Shown piece by piece: positions 36,565-46,615 of a DNA stretch of 64,000 nt. Each line of letters opens with the position of its first letter. Positions within the stretch are counted from its first letter, which is position 1. The stretch spans positions 2,674-66,673 of the forward strand of contig CAWAHY010000003.1 of assembly GCA_963782015.1 (NCBI GenBank). Direction: 5' to 3'. The DNA is from an uncultured Chloroflexia bacterium. Its GTDB lineage: Bacteria; Chloroflexota; Limnocylindria; QHBO01. The notes beneath the pieces are model-generated. The model had not been told where the DNA came from and did not search any database. It saw only the letters and a program-made list of their open reading frames with translations. The position numbers and the translations under genes are program-made.

Positions 36565-37695
36565 ATGTCCACCCGCACCGGGGCCGATGACTCGCACGTG
36601 GAGCCGCGCGACTACTACGCCGTGCTGGGCGCCGAGCCGTCGGCCACCGTCGCTGAGCTGCGCGCGGCGTTTCGGGAGGCGGTCCTGCGCCACCATCCGG
36701 ACCGGAGCGCTGACGACCTGCTGGCGACGCGGCGCACATCGGTCCTGAACCGCGCCTGGGGCGAGCTGCGCGATCCGGTGCGGCGGCTCCACTACGACCA
36801 CGAGCTGGAGCGCGGCGGCGCGGCCACGCTCGACTGGCCGCTCGAGCCCGACGAGGCGCCGTCCCGCGTGCGGCGTCCGCGCCCGCCGGCCCGCCCGGCT
36901 CGCACCCGCTGGCACACGCCGGAGTTCCGCAGCGTCCACGGCTTCCGCGTCCCGACCCAGGTCTTCCTGGCGGGCCCATCCGCGCAGAACGCCTGGATCA
37001 TCGCCAACCACGTCGACGGCGAGGACTGGCGCGAGCACCGCGAGCGGTACTGGCTGCGCTTCGCGGCGGCGCACTATCGCGACCGGGGGCGGACCGACGA
37101 CTGGCTCGGGACGATGGAGCGGCTGGTCGAGCTCGACGGCGGCTACGAGACGCTGGTTCGGGCCGAGCTGCGGCAGGCCTACGTGGCGGCGCACGAGTAC
37201 CTGCGCGGGCTCGGCTACCTGCGCACGATCGCGATGCGCTACGCCGTCGGCACCGCCCAGCGGACCTGGGTCGACCGCGAGCTGCGCGCCCTGCTGGCCG
37301 AGTACCGCGACGCGCGCGTGCGCCGCGGCCGGGCGGAGGACCGCGCGGAGGCAGCCGAGCTGCTGCTCAACTACCTCGAGGCGCTCGAGATGACGCCCGC
37401 CTTCGCCGATGTGCGCGCCGCGATCAGGGCGCACGTGCGCGCCGGCCATGCCGGGCGCGCGGCCGAGCTGCTGGAGCGGGCCGTCGAGGCGCCGATCACC
37501 GAGCCGGCGCGCTGGTTCAGCCTGGTCCAGCTCCTCACCGAGGCCGGTCAGCTGGATCGTGCCTCCGCCCTGCTCGCCGAGATCGCGCGCGGTGACCATC
37601 CCGAGGCGCTCAACCGTCGTCGCCTGCGGGCCGATCCGGCGCGCCGCATCTCCGCCGCCCGGGTCCGCCTGGCCCGCGCCCGCGCCCGGAGCTAG
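36565..37695 (+). CDS. J-domain (DnaJ-like) protein with a long helical C-terminal region
   Basis: 'DYYAVLGAEPSATVAELRAAFREAVLRHHPDR' with HPD motif. TAGACT at 36552-36557 lies 7 nt before the ATG. Confidence 0.75.
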   Translation: MSTRTGADDSHVEPRDYYAVLGAEPSATVAELRAAFREAVLRHHPDRSADDLLATRRTSVLNRAWGELRDPVRRLHYDHELERGGAATLDWPLEPDEAPSRVRRPRPPARPARTRWHTPEFRSVHGFRVPTQVFLAGPSAQNAWIIANHVDGEDWREHRERYWLRFAAAHYRDRGRTDDWLGTMERLVELDGGYETLVRAELRQAYVAAHEYLRGLGYLRTIAMRYAVGTAQRTWVDRELRALLAEYRDARVRRGRAEDRAEAAELLLNYLEALEMTPAFADVRAAIRAHVRAGHAGRAAELLERAVEAPITEPARWFSLVQLLTEAGQLDRASALLAEIARGDHPEALNRRRLRADPARRISAARVRLARARARS

Positions 37696-39050
37696 GCGCC
37701 CTCGATCACCTCGACCGGTCCCAGCCCGAGCGCCTCGACCTCGCCGCGCATGGCGGTCGCGTCGCCGGCCGCCAGGATGACCAGCTCATCGGGCCGGATC
37801 AGGTCGACTGCGGCGGCGTGGGCCTCCGCCGTCCCGATCGCCTCGATCCGGCTCCGATAGGTCTGCCAGTAGTCGTCGGGCAGGCCGTAGACGGCGATCG
37901 GCTCGATGGCCGCCGCGATGCCCCCGGTCGTCTCGAAGCGCAGGGGGAAGACGCCAACCAGGAAGTCGCGCGCCTCGCGCAGCTCGCCCTCGCTGAAGGG
38001 GGCCTCGCGCGCCGCCTCGAGGAGCCCCACCAGCTCACGGATGGCGGGGGCGGTCACCTCGGTCTGAACGGCGGTGGCGGCCATGAAGGGACCGGCGGCG
38101 CGCCGCGGGTCGAAGCCGCAGCGCGCCCCGTAGGTGTAGCCCAGCTCCTCTCGCAGGCGGCGGTTGATGCGCGACCAGAAGAGCCCGCCGAGCGCCATCG
38201 ACATCGTGATCGCGTCGAAGTAGCGCGGATGGTGGCGGTCGATCCCCAGGTGCCCGACGCGGAGCTCGCTCTGCACCGATCCGGGGCGGTCGACGATCAC
38301 GACGCGCCGGCCGCCGGCCGCCCGCGGCGTGAAGGTGCGATGACCGGGGCCGGACCCATCCCAGCCTCCAAGATGGCGCTCCGCCGAGTCGAGCACGGCA
38401 TCGGGGTCGAAGGAGCCGCCGACGACGAGGTGCGCCAGGCCGGGCCGGTAGTGCGTGGCGTGGAAGCCGACCACGTCGTCGCGCCCGAGCTCGCCGACCG
38501 TCTCCGGCGTCCCGGCGGCCAGCCGCCGGTAGGGCGAGTCGGCGTCGTAGACCTGGCGCAGGAAGTGCTCGTCGGCGAGGCGGCCCGGCTCGGCGCGCGA
38601 CTGGAGGATGTCGGCCAGCCGCTCGGCCTTGAGCCGCTCGAACTCGCCCGGATCGAAGCGCGGCTCGCGGATCATCTCGCCCAGGAGGGACAGCCCGGCG
38701 TCGAGATGCTGCGGCAGCGACTGGAAGGCGGCCCGCGCGCTGTCCCAGCTCGACTCGCTGCTGACCTCGATGCCGAGCCGCTCGGTCGCCTCGGCGAAGG
38801 CGGAGGCGTCGAGGCGCCGCGTGCCGGTGACCATCAGCTGCGCCGTCAGGGCGGCCACGCCACCGTGCGCCTCGTCCTCGGCGGCGGCCCCGGCGTCGAG
38901 CAGCAGGTGGGCGTTGACGAGGCTCGAGCCGGCGACCGGGACGAGCCAGACGGTCAGCCCGTTCGCCAGCGCCCGATGCGTGAAGGCCGGGAAGCGATAG
39001 CCGCGCGGCACCCCCGCCGGCGGTCGCATGGGGTTGGCGGTGGAGGTCAC
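37692..39050 (-). CDS. M16-family peptidase-like protein lacking the HxxEH motif (non-catalytic partner)
   Basis: Two M16 halves, no inverted zincin motif. 452 aa, intact. 4-nt overlap with the upstream M16 gene. Confidence 0.8.
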   Translation of the reverse strand: MTSTANPMRPPAGVPRGYRFPAFTHRALANGLTVWLVPVAGSSLVNAHLLLDAGAAAEDEAHGGVAALTAQLMVTGTRRLDASAFAEATERLGIEVSSESSWDSARAAFQSLPQHLDAGLSLLGEMIREPRFDPGEFERLKAERLADILQSRAEPGRLADEHFLRQVYDADSPYRRLAAGTPETVGELGRDDVVGFHATHYRPGLAHLVVGGSFDPDAVLDSAERHLGGWDGSGPGHRTFTPRAAGGRRVVIVDRPGSVQSELRVGHLGIDRHHPRYFDAITMSMALGGLFWSRINRRLREELGYTYGARCGFDPRRAAGPFMAATAVQTEVTAPAIRELVGLLEAAREAPFSEGELREARDFLVGVFPLRFETTGGIAAAIEPIAVYGLPDDYWQTYRSRIEAIGTAEAHAAAVDLIRPDELVILAAGDATAMRGEVEALGLGPVEVIEGA

Positions 39051-40337
39051 GCGCCGCCCTCCGGGGACTCGGCCGGGAGGTAGGTCAGGACCACCCGGTT
39101 GTCCGGCCGGATGCTGGCCGCCATCGCGTCGCGGACCCGGGCCGCATCGACCGCCAGGTAGCGGCTCACCTCGCTGTTGACGCGCTCGGGCTGGTCGAAG
39201 AGGCAGGCGTACATGGAGAGGCGATCCGCGCGCTCGCCGATCCGCTCGAGGCTCGACTCGACGCTCGCCGCGTGCAGGTTGCGCACCCGCTCGAGCTCAT
39301 CGGGGCTCGGGCCGTCGGTGGCCAGGCGGTCAACCTCGCTGAAGAGCGCGTCCTCGAGCGCCTCGTGCCCGACCCCCTGGCTGTGCGGTGACCCACATCG
39401 TGAAGATGCTCGCGCCCCCCACGAACGGGAAGGCGAAGACGGTCACGTCCTGCGCCAGCTGCCGCTCGCGGACGAGGGACCGATACAGGCGCGAGGCGCG
39501 TCCCGTGCCGAGCAGGTCGACCGCCACCTCGAGCGCGTCGAAGCCATCGGTCCCGAACGGCGGCATCCGGTAGCCGGCGTAGACCCGGGGCAGCGGGACG
39601 CGGTCGGGGACGATCTCGCGCACCTCGGCGCCGATGATCGGGTCGATCTCGCTCGAGGGTCCCGGCGGGATGGCCGGGTTGGCGCCGATCGCTCCGAAGT
39701 GCTTCTCGACGAGGGCCAGAGCCGCCGGTGGGTCGAAGTCTCCGGCGATGGTGAGCACCGCGTTGTTCGGCGCGTAGTACGAGGCGAAGAAGTCGGTCAC
39801 ATCGGCCAGGGAGGCCGCGTCGAGGTCCGCCATGGAGCCGATGGTCGAGTGGTGATAGGGGTGGCTCGGCGGGTAGATGAGCGCCTGGAGTCGTCTCGTC
39901 CCAGGTGCCGTACGGCTGGTTGTCGACCGACCAGCGCCGCTCGTTCTTGACCACCTCGCGCTGGTTGTCGAGCTTCTCCTGGGTCATCGCGCGTGAGGAG
40001 GCTGGCGAGCCGATCCGACTCCAGCCACAGCGCGAGCTCCAGCTCGTGGCTGGGGACCGTCTCGAAGTAGTTGGTCCGGTCCAGCCAGGTGGTGGCGTTC
40101 AGCGACCCGCCGATCGACTGCAGCAGCGAGAAGTGCTCGCCCTTGGCCACGTGCGCCGACCCCTCGAACATCAGGTGCTCGAAGAGGTGCGCAAAGCCGG
40201 TCTTGCCCGGCTTCTCGTGCCGGCTGCCGACGTCGTACCACAGGTTCACGGCCACGATCGGCGCGCGGTCGTCGCGCGACAGGATCACGCGCAATCCGTT
40301 CGCGAGGCAGGTGTCGGTCGATCGGGACGTGGGGCAA
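39047..40337 (-). CDS. M16-family zinc peptidase (HxxEH); at least three frameshifts
   Basis: 'GFAHLFEHLMFEGS' (HLFEH), 'REVVKNERR', 'HPYHHSTIGSMADLDAASLADV', 'ELERVRNLHAASVES' lie in successive different frames. Junctions ~39990, ~39895, ~39375 (C5 run), possibly ~40300. Start uncertain. Confidence 0.75.
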
Positions 40338-40471
40338 AGCGGCGGAAGGCTACCACGGCACCCCCGGTGGCCATGGACCGATGCCGGGCGGCAGGTCCAT
40401 ACTCGCCGCCAATGAATGCGGGGGGTGCCGCTGCCCAGCGTTGCGTCGGGCCGGGCAGGCCCAACCGCGTG

Positions 40472-41653
40472 ATGGTCCGCGGGACAGCGGCCATCCTCCT
40501 GCTGGTGCTCAGTGGCTGCGCCACGCCCTCGCCGTCGGCAAGCGGTGAGCCGAGTGACTCGCCCGGCCAGTCGGCGACGGCCACCTCGACCCCCCAGCCG
40601 CCGAGGGGCGCGGCCTGGACCGTCGCGGCATCGATGATCGAGCCGCGCACCGACCACACGGCCACGCTCCTCGCGAACGGCACGGTGCTGGTCGTCGGGG
40701 GCAGGAACGGGGACGGCCCCCTGGCCTCCGCGGAGCTGTACGACCCCGTCACGGAGACCTGGAGGTCGGCCGGAACGATGGCCGAGGCGCGCTCTGAGCC
40801 CGCGGCCGCCCTGCTGGGCGACGGCAGGGTGCTGGTCGCCGGCGGCGAGGGGATCGAGCACCGGCCACTGGCCACCGCCGAGCTGTACGACCCCGCCACG
40901 GGGCGGTGGAGCGCCACCGGGACGATGGGCATTGCGCGCTGGTTCTTCACCGCGACCACGCTTCTCGATGGCAGGGTGCTGGCCGCCGGCGGCGGCTACG
41001 GGGCGGCCACGGCGCTGGCCTCGGCCGAGCTGTACGACCCGAGGACCGAGCGGTGGACGCCGACCGCCAGCCTGGCCCAGGCGCGGGCGTACCACACCGC
41101 AACGCGGCTCGACGACGGCCAGGTGCTGGTGGTGGGCGAGATCACGGAGAACGTGTACGACCCGGCGATCGCGTTCGTCGGCGAGCTCTACGACCCTGTC
41201 GCCGAGTCCTGGTCAGTCACCGAGCGGATGAGCCGGGGCCGCAACCTCCACACCGCAACCCTGCTCGACGACGGCCAGGTGCTGGTGGCCGGGGGCTATT
41301 ACGAGGCCTCCGCGGAGATCTACGACCCGGCGAGCCGGTCCTGGAGCGCGACCGGTGACATGGCGAGCCAGCGCAGCCAGGCGGCCGCCGCCCTGCTGCT
41401 CGACGGGTCGGTGCTGGTGACCGGGGGCTTCGGGGCAGAGGCGTCCGCCGAGCGCTACGACCCGGACACGAGGTCCTGGATCAGTGCCGGGCAGATGGCC
41501 GGCGGCCGCTACCTCGCCACGGCCACGCGGCTGTCCGACGGCATGGTGCTGGTGGTGGGCTTCAGCGCGACATCGTCCACAACCTCGGAGCTCTACGACC
41601 GGACAGGCAGCGGGCAACACCCACAGCCGACGGCTCGGCCGCCGGGTAGCTAG
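40472..41653 (+). CDS. Kelch-repeat beta-propeller lipoprotein
   Basis: Lipobox 'LLLVLSGC'. Six to seven repeats each ending '(A/G)E(L/I/R)YDP..(T/S/R).W'. The part of ORF 39905-41653 before ~40400 is antisense to the M16 gene. An alternative ATG is at 40412. Confidence 0.8.
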   Translation: MVRGTAAILLLVLSGCATPSPSASGEPSDSPGQSATATSTPQPPRGAAWTVAASMIEPRTDHTATLLANGTVLVVGGRNGDGPLASAELYDPVTETWRSAGTMAEARSEPAAALLGDGRVLVAGGEGIEHRPLATAELYDPATGRWSATGTMGIARWFFTATTLLDGRVLAAGGGYGAATALASAELYDPRTERWTPTASLAQARAYHTATRLDDGQVLVVGEITENVYDPAIAFVGELYDPVAESWSVTERMSRGRNLHTATLLDDGQVLVAGGYYEASAEIYDPASRSWSATGDMASQRSQAAAALLLDGSVLVTGGFGAEASAERYDPDTRSWISAGQMAGGRYLATATRLSDGMVLVVGFSATSSTTSELYDRTGSGQHPQPTARPPGS

Positions 41654-41673
41654 GAGGAGAGAAGATCAATCCC

Positions 41674-42723
41674 ATGACCAGTCCGCGCCGCGGCATCGGA
41701 TTCTCGCGCACGGTCATGATCGTCGCGACGCTGGCGCTGACGGGCTGCGGTGTCTCGACGACGGGCAGCGCTTCCGCAGCGCCGGGCGAGTCACGGTCCA
41801 CGTCGCCCAGCATCGCTGCGACCGGGCAGCCGACAGGCCAGCCCACCGGCCAGCCGACGGACGAGCCCAGCCCGCTCGAGAGCATGCCCGTCGTCCCGGA
41901 GTCCACCCCGCGCCCGCCAGCCGTGCTCAGCGGCGGCGTCATCGGGACCGGCTCCATTGCTGCCGTGACGGTGGACGCGCTCAATCTGCGGGCGTCGCCC
42001 ACCACCTCGGCCAAGTCGATCGGGCTCCTCGGTCGCAATGCCGAGCTGTTCGTCACCGGGCCATCCGAGGTCGCCGGTGAATACCGGTGGTATCCGGTCG
42101 CGGTGGTATTCGGCCCGTACTCGGCCGCGGAATGTCATGTCCAGTGGTGCAATCGCGACATCGGCTGGGTGGCCAGCCCGGCGACCGGAGGGGTTGATTG
42201 GCTGGCAGACGTGGCGGTGCCCTGCCCAACCGCGCCAACCACGGTCGACGCGTTCGGACCGCTGGACCCGCTCGAGCGGCTGCACTGCTTCGGCAACCGG
42301 GAGCTGACGGTCGTGGGCTGGATGGATACGCCCTGCTGTGGCTACTGGGGAATCGCCACCTTCGAGCCGATCTGGCTGGCAAACCCTGACGGTCGGGGCT
42401 ACTTCATCGACTCGAGCGGAGCCCTCGTCGGCCTCCAGGTGCGACCCGCCCCCGGCGTCAGTCCCGAGGGCCTGCAGCGGGGCAGCATCATCCGGGCCAC
42501 CGGTCACTTCGACGATGCGGCGGCCGCCTCCTGCCGCGCCGCACTCGGCGGAGACGGATATTCACCCGGCGAGAGCTATCCGCCCGAGTACTTGCCGACG
42601 CCGGCGTCGGCGGCGCTCACCTGCCGCACCGAGTTCGTTCTCACCGGGCTCGAGGTGATCGGCTACAAGGCGCGCAGCGGCTGCGGGTGCCCACCGCCCG
42701 ATCCGTGGGCCGGCCTGGTCTGA
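41674..42723 (+). CDS. Lipoprotein with an SH3b-like segment and a Cys-rich C-terminal domain (unknown function)
   Basis: Lipobox 'LALTGC'. (QPTG)3 linker. 'VTVDALNLRASPTTSAKSIGLLGRNAELFV' is SH3b-like. 11 further Cys residues. Confidence 0.65.
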   Translation: MTSPRRGIGFSRTVMIVATLALTGCGVSTTGSASAAPGESRSTSPSIAATGQPTGQPTGQPTDEPSPLESMPVVPESTPRPPAVLSGGVIGTGSIAAVTVDALNLRASPTTSAKSIGLLGRNAELFVTGPSEVAGEYRWYPVAVVFGPYSAAECHVQWCNRDIGWVASPATGGVDWLADVAVPCPTAPTTVDAFGPLDPLERLHCFGNRELTVVGWMDTPCCGYWGIATFEPIWLANPDGRGYFIDSSGALVGLQVRPAPGVSPEGLQRGSIIRATGHFDDAAAASCRAALGGDGYSPGESYPPEYLPTPASAALTCRTEFVLTGLEVIGYKARSGCGCPPPDPWAGLV

Positions 42724-42725
42724 CC

Positions 42726-43496
42726 GTGGCCCTCCCTTCCTGGGCCCGATTCCTGCCGCCGGCGGCCATCGCCCTTGTTTCCGGCGCGATCCTCGGCTAC
42801 CTGTGGGCATTCGGCGTGAGCGAGGGGAGCGTCGGCACGGTGGGTGGTGTCATCGTCGTGGTCGCGACGCTCGGGCTCCTGGTGGCGGTCGCCATCGGAG
42901 TCGGGGTCGTCCGGCTCGCCAGAAGCGAAGCCCAACCTCGCCCTGCCGCGGCCTTCGGCGTCGCCGGCCTCCTGCTGCTCGGAGGCGCGGCCGGCCATCA
43001 GTCGGTGCCGCTCTTCGACATGGGCTACCACCCGTATGTGCTGGTCGAGCCATCGGTGAATCCAACCCTTCACGCCACGGTGTCCCTGCGGGTCGAGGAT
43101 CCGTCCTGGGTCGCCGGCGAAGGCGATCGACCGGGCGTCTGCCCGTTCGACCCCGGAGGGTTGGTGCGCCTGGTGTCGGTCGAGGAGGCCGGTCGGATGC
43201 GCTTCAAGCCGATGTCGGTGGATCTGGACCTGGGCGCCTCCGCGGTATCGGGTTCGTCGGGGCAGCTCGCGCTGGTCGTGAATCTCCTGGCGCCGGCGGC
43301 GATCATCCCGGGCGCGGAACAGGCTGCGACGAGTGGCGGTGGCTACATCAGCTGGGTCGGGTCCGTGGTGCTGGCCGACGTGGCGACCGACGGCACCCGC
43401 GGTCGAGCGACGATCGTGGACCTGCCGGTGACCGGCGCCGGCGTGCCGGGCTGGCCCACCTTGCTGAGCGGAGAGCTCAGCTGGGTCTGCGACTGA
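42726..43496 (+). CDS. Membrane protein, three N-terminal TM helices plus an extracytoplasmic domain (unknown function)
   Basis: A GTG lies 2 nt after the upstream stop. An alternative GTG is at 42687. No family recognised. Confidence 0.5.
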   Translation: MALPSWARFLPPAAIALVSGAILGYLWAFGVSEGSVGTVGGVIVVVATLGLLVAVAIGVGVVRLARSEAQPRPAAAFGVAGLLLLGGAAGHQSVPLFDMGYHPYVLVEPSVNPTLHATVSLRVEDPSWVAGEGDRPGVCPFDPGGLVRLVSVEEAGRMRFKPMSVDLDLGASAVSGSSGQLALVVNLLAPAAIIPGAEQAATSGGGYISWVGSVVLADVATDGTRGRATIVDLPVTGAGVPGWPTLLSGELSWVCD

Positions 43497-43503
43497 GCGA
43501 AGC

Positions 43504-44079
43504 TCAGCTCCTGATCACGCGCTCCATGCGGCGGTCGGGGATCAGCCACATCACGACGACCGCTGCGTCGAGCGCCAGCGAGACGGCCGGCGCGACGAAC
43601 GCGGTGGGGATCGCCGCTACGAAGACCACGGTCGAGAGCTTGCCCTTGAGGTCGCGGCCGATCGCCTCGGCGAGGGCAGGCGCCTGCCCGTGGACCCTCA
43701 GCAGGGTGCGCACGAGCACGAAATAGGCCACACCGGCGAGGAAGAGCAGCACGCCGTAGGCGGCCACCGCGATCGGCGCGAAATCGGTCTGGCCGACCCA
43801 GGCGGTCCCGAACGGGAACAGCGAGAGCCAGAAGAGCAGGTGCAGGTTCGCCCACAGCACCCAGCCGTCGATCACCCTGGCGGCCTGGAGCAGGTGGTGA
43901 TGGTTGTTCCAGTAGGTCCCCAGCAATGCGAAGCTCAGCAGATAGCTGAGAAAGATCGGCACCAGCGGACGCAGGCTCTCCAGCGTGGCGCCTTCCGGCG
44001 GGCGCAGCTCGAGGACCATGATCGTCATGACGATCGCGATCACCGCGTCGCTGAATGCCTCGAGGCGGCCCTTGCTCAC
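43504..44079 (-). CDS. TMEM175-family (DUF1211) potassium channel
   Basis: 'RLEAFSDAVIAIVMTIMVLEL' signature helix 1. Six TM helices. 191 aa. Confidence 0.8.
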   Translation of the reverse strand: MSKGRLEAFSDAVIAIVMTIMVLELRPPEGATLESLRPLVPIFLSYLLSFALLGTYWNNHHHLLQAARVIDGWVLWANLHLLFWLSLFPFGTAWVGQTDFAPIAVAAYGVLLFLAGVAYFVLVRTLLRVHGQAPALAEAIGRDLKGKLSTVVFVAAIPTAFVAPAVSLALDAAVVVMWLIPDRRMERVIRS

Positions 44080-44103
44080 CCGCGAATCCTAGGCGGTGGC
44101 TGG

Positions 44104-44817
44104 CTAGGCGGACGGCGTCGCCGGTGTCTCCGGCCCTGGGGCCGTGGTTGTGGGCACCGAGAGGAAGGCGCCGAAGCCGAGGACGAGCAGCGCGTAGGCG
44201 CCCACGAAGAGCGCCGTGACCAGTTCGGAGGACCATGGTCCGCAGTCGAAGCAGGCGAGCGCCGCCACGATCTCGCGGCAGGCCGCAAGGCTGGCTGCCA
44301 GCGCCGCGAGCATGGCGACCGCGCTCGCGACTCGTGGCCAGAAGGCGAGGACCGCGATGTCCGCGATCGCGAGTGCCGCCACCACGTAGTTGCCACTCGA
44401 TCCAGCTCCCGATGGCCACGTCGCGCTCCATGCGGCGTAGGCCGCCACCGCCAAGAGGCCAACCGCCAATGCCACTCGACGGACGCCGGGCGGCGCAACC
44501 AAGACCAGTACGGGCAGACCGACGAGGCCGGTGATGACGACGATGGTCCCGATGGTCCCCGAGAAGAGGTTCGGGTCAGGGTCCACGTAGCCGCTCGTCG
44601 CGGCGAGCGCGTGGCCGGCCCATGCGATGGCCCCGCCGGCCCAGGTTGCGATCCCCGCCACCCCGGCGACGCTGCACGCGAGGCGATGGCGCGCCGGGGT
44701 TCGTTCGCGTCGGGTGGGCATCGGTGCGGCCCCCGCTCCAGAGTGGTGCGGGCTGGGCGATCCATGAGCTGGAACCACGCTTGCCCCCGCGGCTGCCATT
44801 CTGCTCCGCGGGGTCAA
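44104..44817 (-). CDS. Polytopic membrane protein, unknown function (start uncertain)
   Basis: Six or so hydrophobic helices. No recognised motif. An internal ATG near 44721 is a plausible start. Confidence 0.45.
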   Translation of the reverse strand: MTPRSRMAAAGASVVPAHGSPSPHHSGAGAAPMPTRRERTPARHRLACSVAGVAGIATWAGGAIAWAGHALAATSGYVDPDPNLFSGTIGTIVVITGLVGLPVLVLVAPPGVRRVALAVGLLAVAAYAAWSATWPSGAGSSGNYVVAALAIADIAVLAFWPRVASAVAMLAALAASLAACREIVAALACFDCGPWSSELVTALFVGAYALLVLGFGAFLSVPTTTAPGPETPATPSA

Positions 44818-44832
44818 CTGCGGAGTTGCCCG

Positions 44833-46419
44833 CTACGGTGAGGCGGAGGCGCTCGCCGAGGCCGATGCCGATGACGACGTGGTCGGCGTCGGGATCGGCG
44901 TCCCGGTCGGCGTCGCGGTCGGGGAGGGGGTCGGCGACGGCGTGGGGCTTGGCGTCGGCGGCGCGGGCACCCCGAGCAGGGCGGCGATGTCGTTGCGGAT
45001 CCGGGTCACCGCATTCGGCGAGAGGTAGGTCGAGTACGCCGGCGGCACGATCCGCAGCTGCTTGACCGATGCGGTCGCGGCCTTCGAGAAGAGGTCGCCG
45101 AGCGCCGGCAGCGCCTCGCGCGGCAGATCGGTCCAGGAGAAGCCGGTCGCCGCGTCGAAGAGCGCCGATGCGTTGAAGATGGTGGCTGGCCCGATCTGTT
45201 TGCGGACCGCCAGCAGGAAGGTCTGCTGCCGCCCCATCCGCCCGTAGTCGGAGTCCTGGTGGCGGCTGCGGGCGTACGCGAGCGCCAACCGCCCGTCGAG
45301 ATGCTGCTGACCGGCCGGGATGTCGAGCACGATGTTGCCGTAGACCGGGTCGGGGTAGCGGTAGTCGTGCACCTTGGCCGGGACGTTGATGTCGAGCCCG
45401 CCCATGGCGTCGATCACCTTGATGACGCCCCACAGGTCCGCCACCAGCACGCCGTCCACTGGCCGGCCCGTGAGCTCCATGACCATCGACCGGACGGCGC
45501 CGATCCCCTTCACCGCGCCGGACCCCGGCCAGCGCGATGGATGCCTGACCGTCGCCTCGACGTACGCCTCGTTCAGCAGGCCGGTGAGGCACCCGCAGCT
45601 CACCGCGTCCTTTGCCGGACCGGGCGGGAACGGTGCGTTGATGAGGTTGCGCGGCAGGCCGATCATCGCCACCTTGCCGCTGGCCACGTCCACCTCGACC
45701 AGCAGCATGACGTCCATCCGCCGGCTCCAGCGACCGAGGCCGGCGTCGGAGCCGAGCAGCAGCAGGTCGAAGCGCCCGTCGTCGCCCCAGGGGATCGCCC
45801 CAGCCCGCGTCCAGGGCACCGGCGCGCCCAGCGGCGGCAGCGAGCCGGTGCCGGAGCCCATCGGGCCGCGCGGCTTGCCGGGGGTGGTCGGGCCCTCAGG
45901 GGATGGGTTCTCCCACGGCTTGAACATCTCCCAGTCGTCGGGCGGATCCTCGTAGGCGAGGACGATCTGGCTGGCGGCCGGGGTCGGGCCGGGGGCCGAT
46001 GCGGACGGCTGCGGGGTTGGGGTCCCGCCGCTGGCGAACATCGAGTCGAGGAAGTCGTTGGCCGATACGAGGGTGCGGCCGATGAGCAGGTGCGGCACCA
46101 GGACGAGGACGAGGATGGCCACTGCGATCGCGCCGATGGCGCCGACCGATGGCTGCAGGCGGCGGGCCGCATCAACCCCGGCGGCGATGCGCCAGGCGGC
46201 GAGCGCCACGTTGACCACCGCCAGCGCGGGGAGCACGCCGGGGGTCAGCAGGAAGCCGATGAGGCTGGTGCGCCCGCTGAGCAGGAAGAGGATCACCCAG
46301 CCGATCACGACGGCGATGACCGGGAGGACGAACAGCAGCGCGAGGCGTCGACGCCCGATGTATGCGTGGCCGACCCCCGGCACGATGAGGCCGAGGAGGC
46401 CCGCGGAGATGGATCTCAC
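44833..46419 (-). CDS. LCP (LytR-CpsA-Psr) family cell-wall glycopolymer transferase with an N-terminal polytopic membrane region
   Basis: 'DLLLLGSD..RMDVMLLVEVD', 'LDGRLALAYARSRH..DYGRMGRQQ' LCP motifs. Pro/Thr/Ser low-complexity tail. Confidence 0.85.
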   Translation of the reverse strand: MRSISAGLLGLIVPGVGHAYIGRRRLALLFVLPVIAVVIGWVILFLLSGRTSLIGFLLTPGVLPALAVVNVALAAWRIAAGVDAARRLQPSVGAIGAIAVAILVLVLVPHLLIGRTLVSANDFLDSMFASGGTPTPQPSASAPGPTPAASQIVLAYEDPPDDWEMFKPWENPSPEGPTTPGKPRGPMGSGTGSLPPLGAPVPWTRAGAIPWGDDGRFDLLLLGSDAGLGRWSRRMDVMLLVEVDVASGKVAMIGLPRNLINAPFPPGPAKDAVSCGCLTGLLNEAYVEATVRHPSRWPGSGAVKGIGAVRSMVMELTGRPVDGVLVADLWGVIKVIDAMGGLDINVPAKVHDYRYPDPVYGNIVLDIPAGQQHLDGRLALAYARSRHQDSDYGRMGRQQTFLLAVRKQIGPATIFNASALFDAATGFSWTDLPREALPALGDLFSKAATASVKQLRIVPPAYSTYLSPNAVTRIRNDIAALLGVPAPPTPSPTPSPTPSPTATPTGTPIPTPTTSSSASASASASASP

Positions 46420-46485
46420 CGAGCCCAGTGTCCCGGACCGAGCGCATCGGCGTCAAATGCGCCGCGGCGCCCAGGAAGCGCGAAA

Positions 46486-46560
46486 TGGTGAGCGGCCAGG
46501 GATTCGAACCCTGAACCTAGTGATTAAGAGTCACTTGCTCTGCCGTTGAGCTAGCCGCCC
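46486..46560 (-). tRNA. tRNA-Lys (anticodon CTT), CCA encoded
   Basis: Reverse complement GGGCGGC-TA-GCTC..GAGC-A-AGTGA-CTCTTAA-TCACT-..CAGGG-TTCGAAT-CCCTG-GCCGCTC-A-CCA folds as a cloverleaf. Confidence 0.9.
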
Positions 46561-46615
46561 GGGGGCATGATGGCGGAGGGCGGGGGAGGGGTCAACCGGC
46601 GGGCGTGGCCCCCGG

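Noticed and set aside
39905-40471. The long N-terminal extension of the Kelch protein ORF (582 aa in the track).
   Set aside because: The first ~170 codons are antisense to the M16 peptidase gene and have shadow-ORF composition. A proper lipoprotein signal peptide begins at the ATG at 40472.
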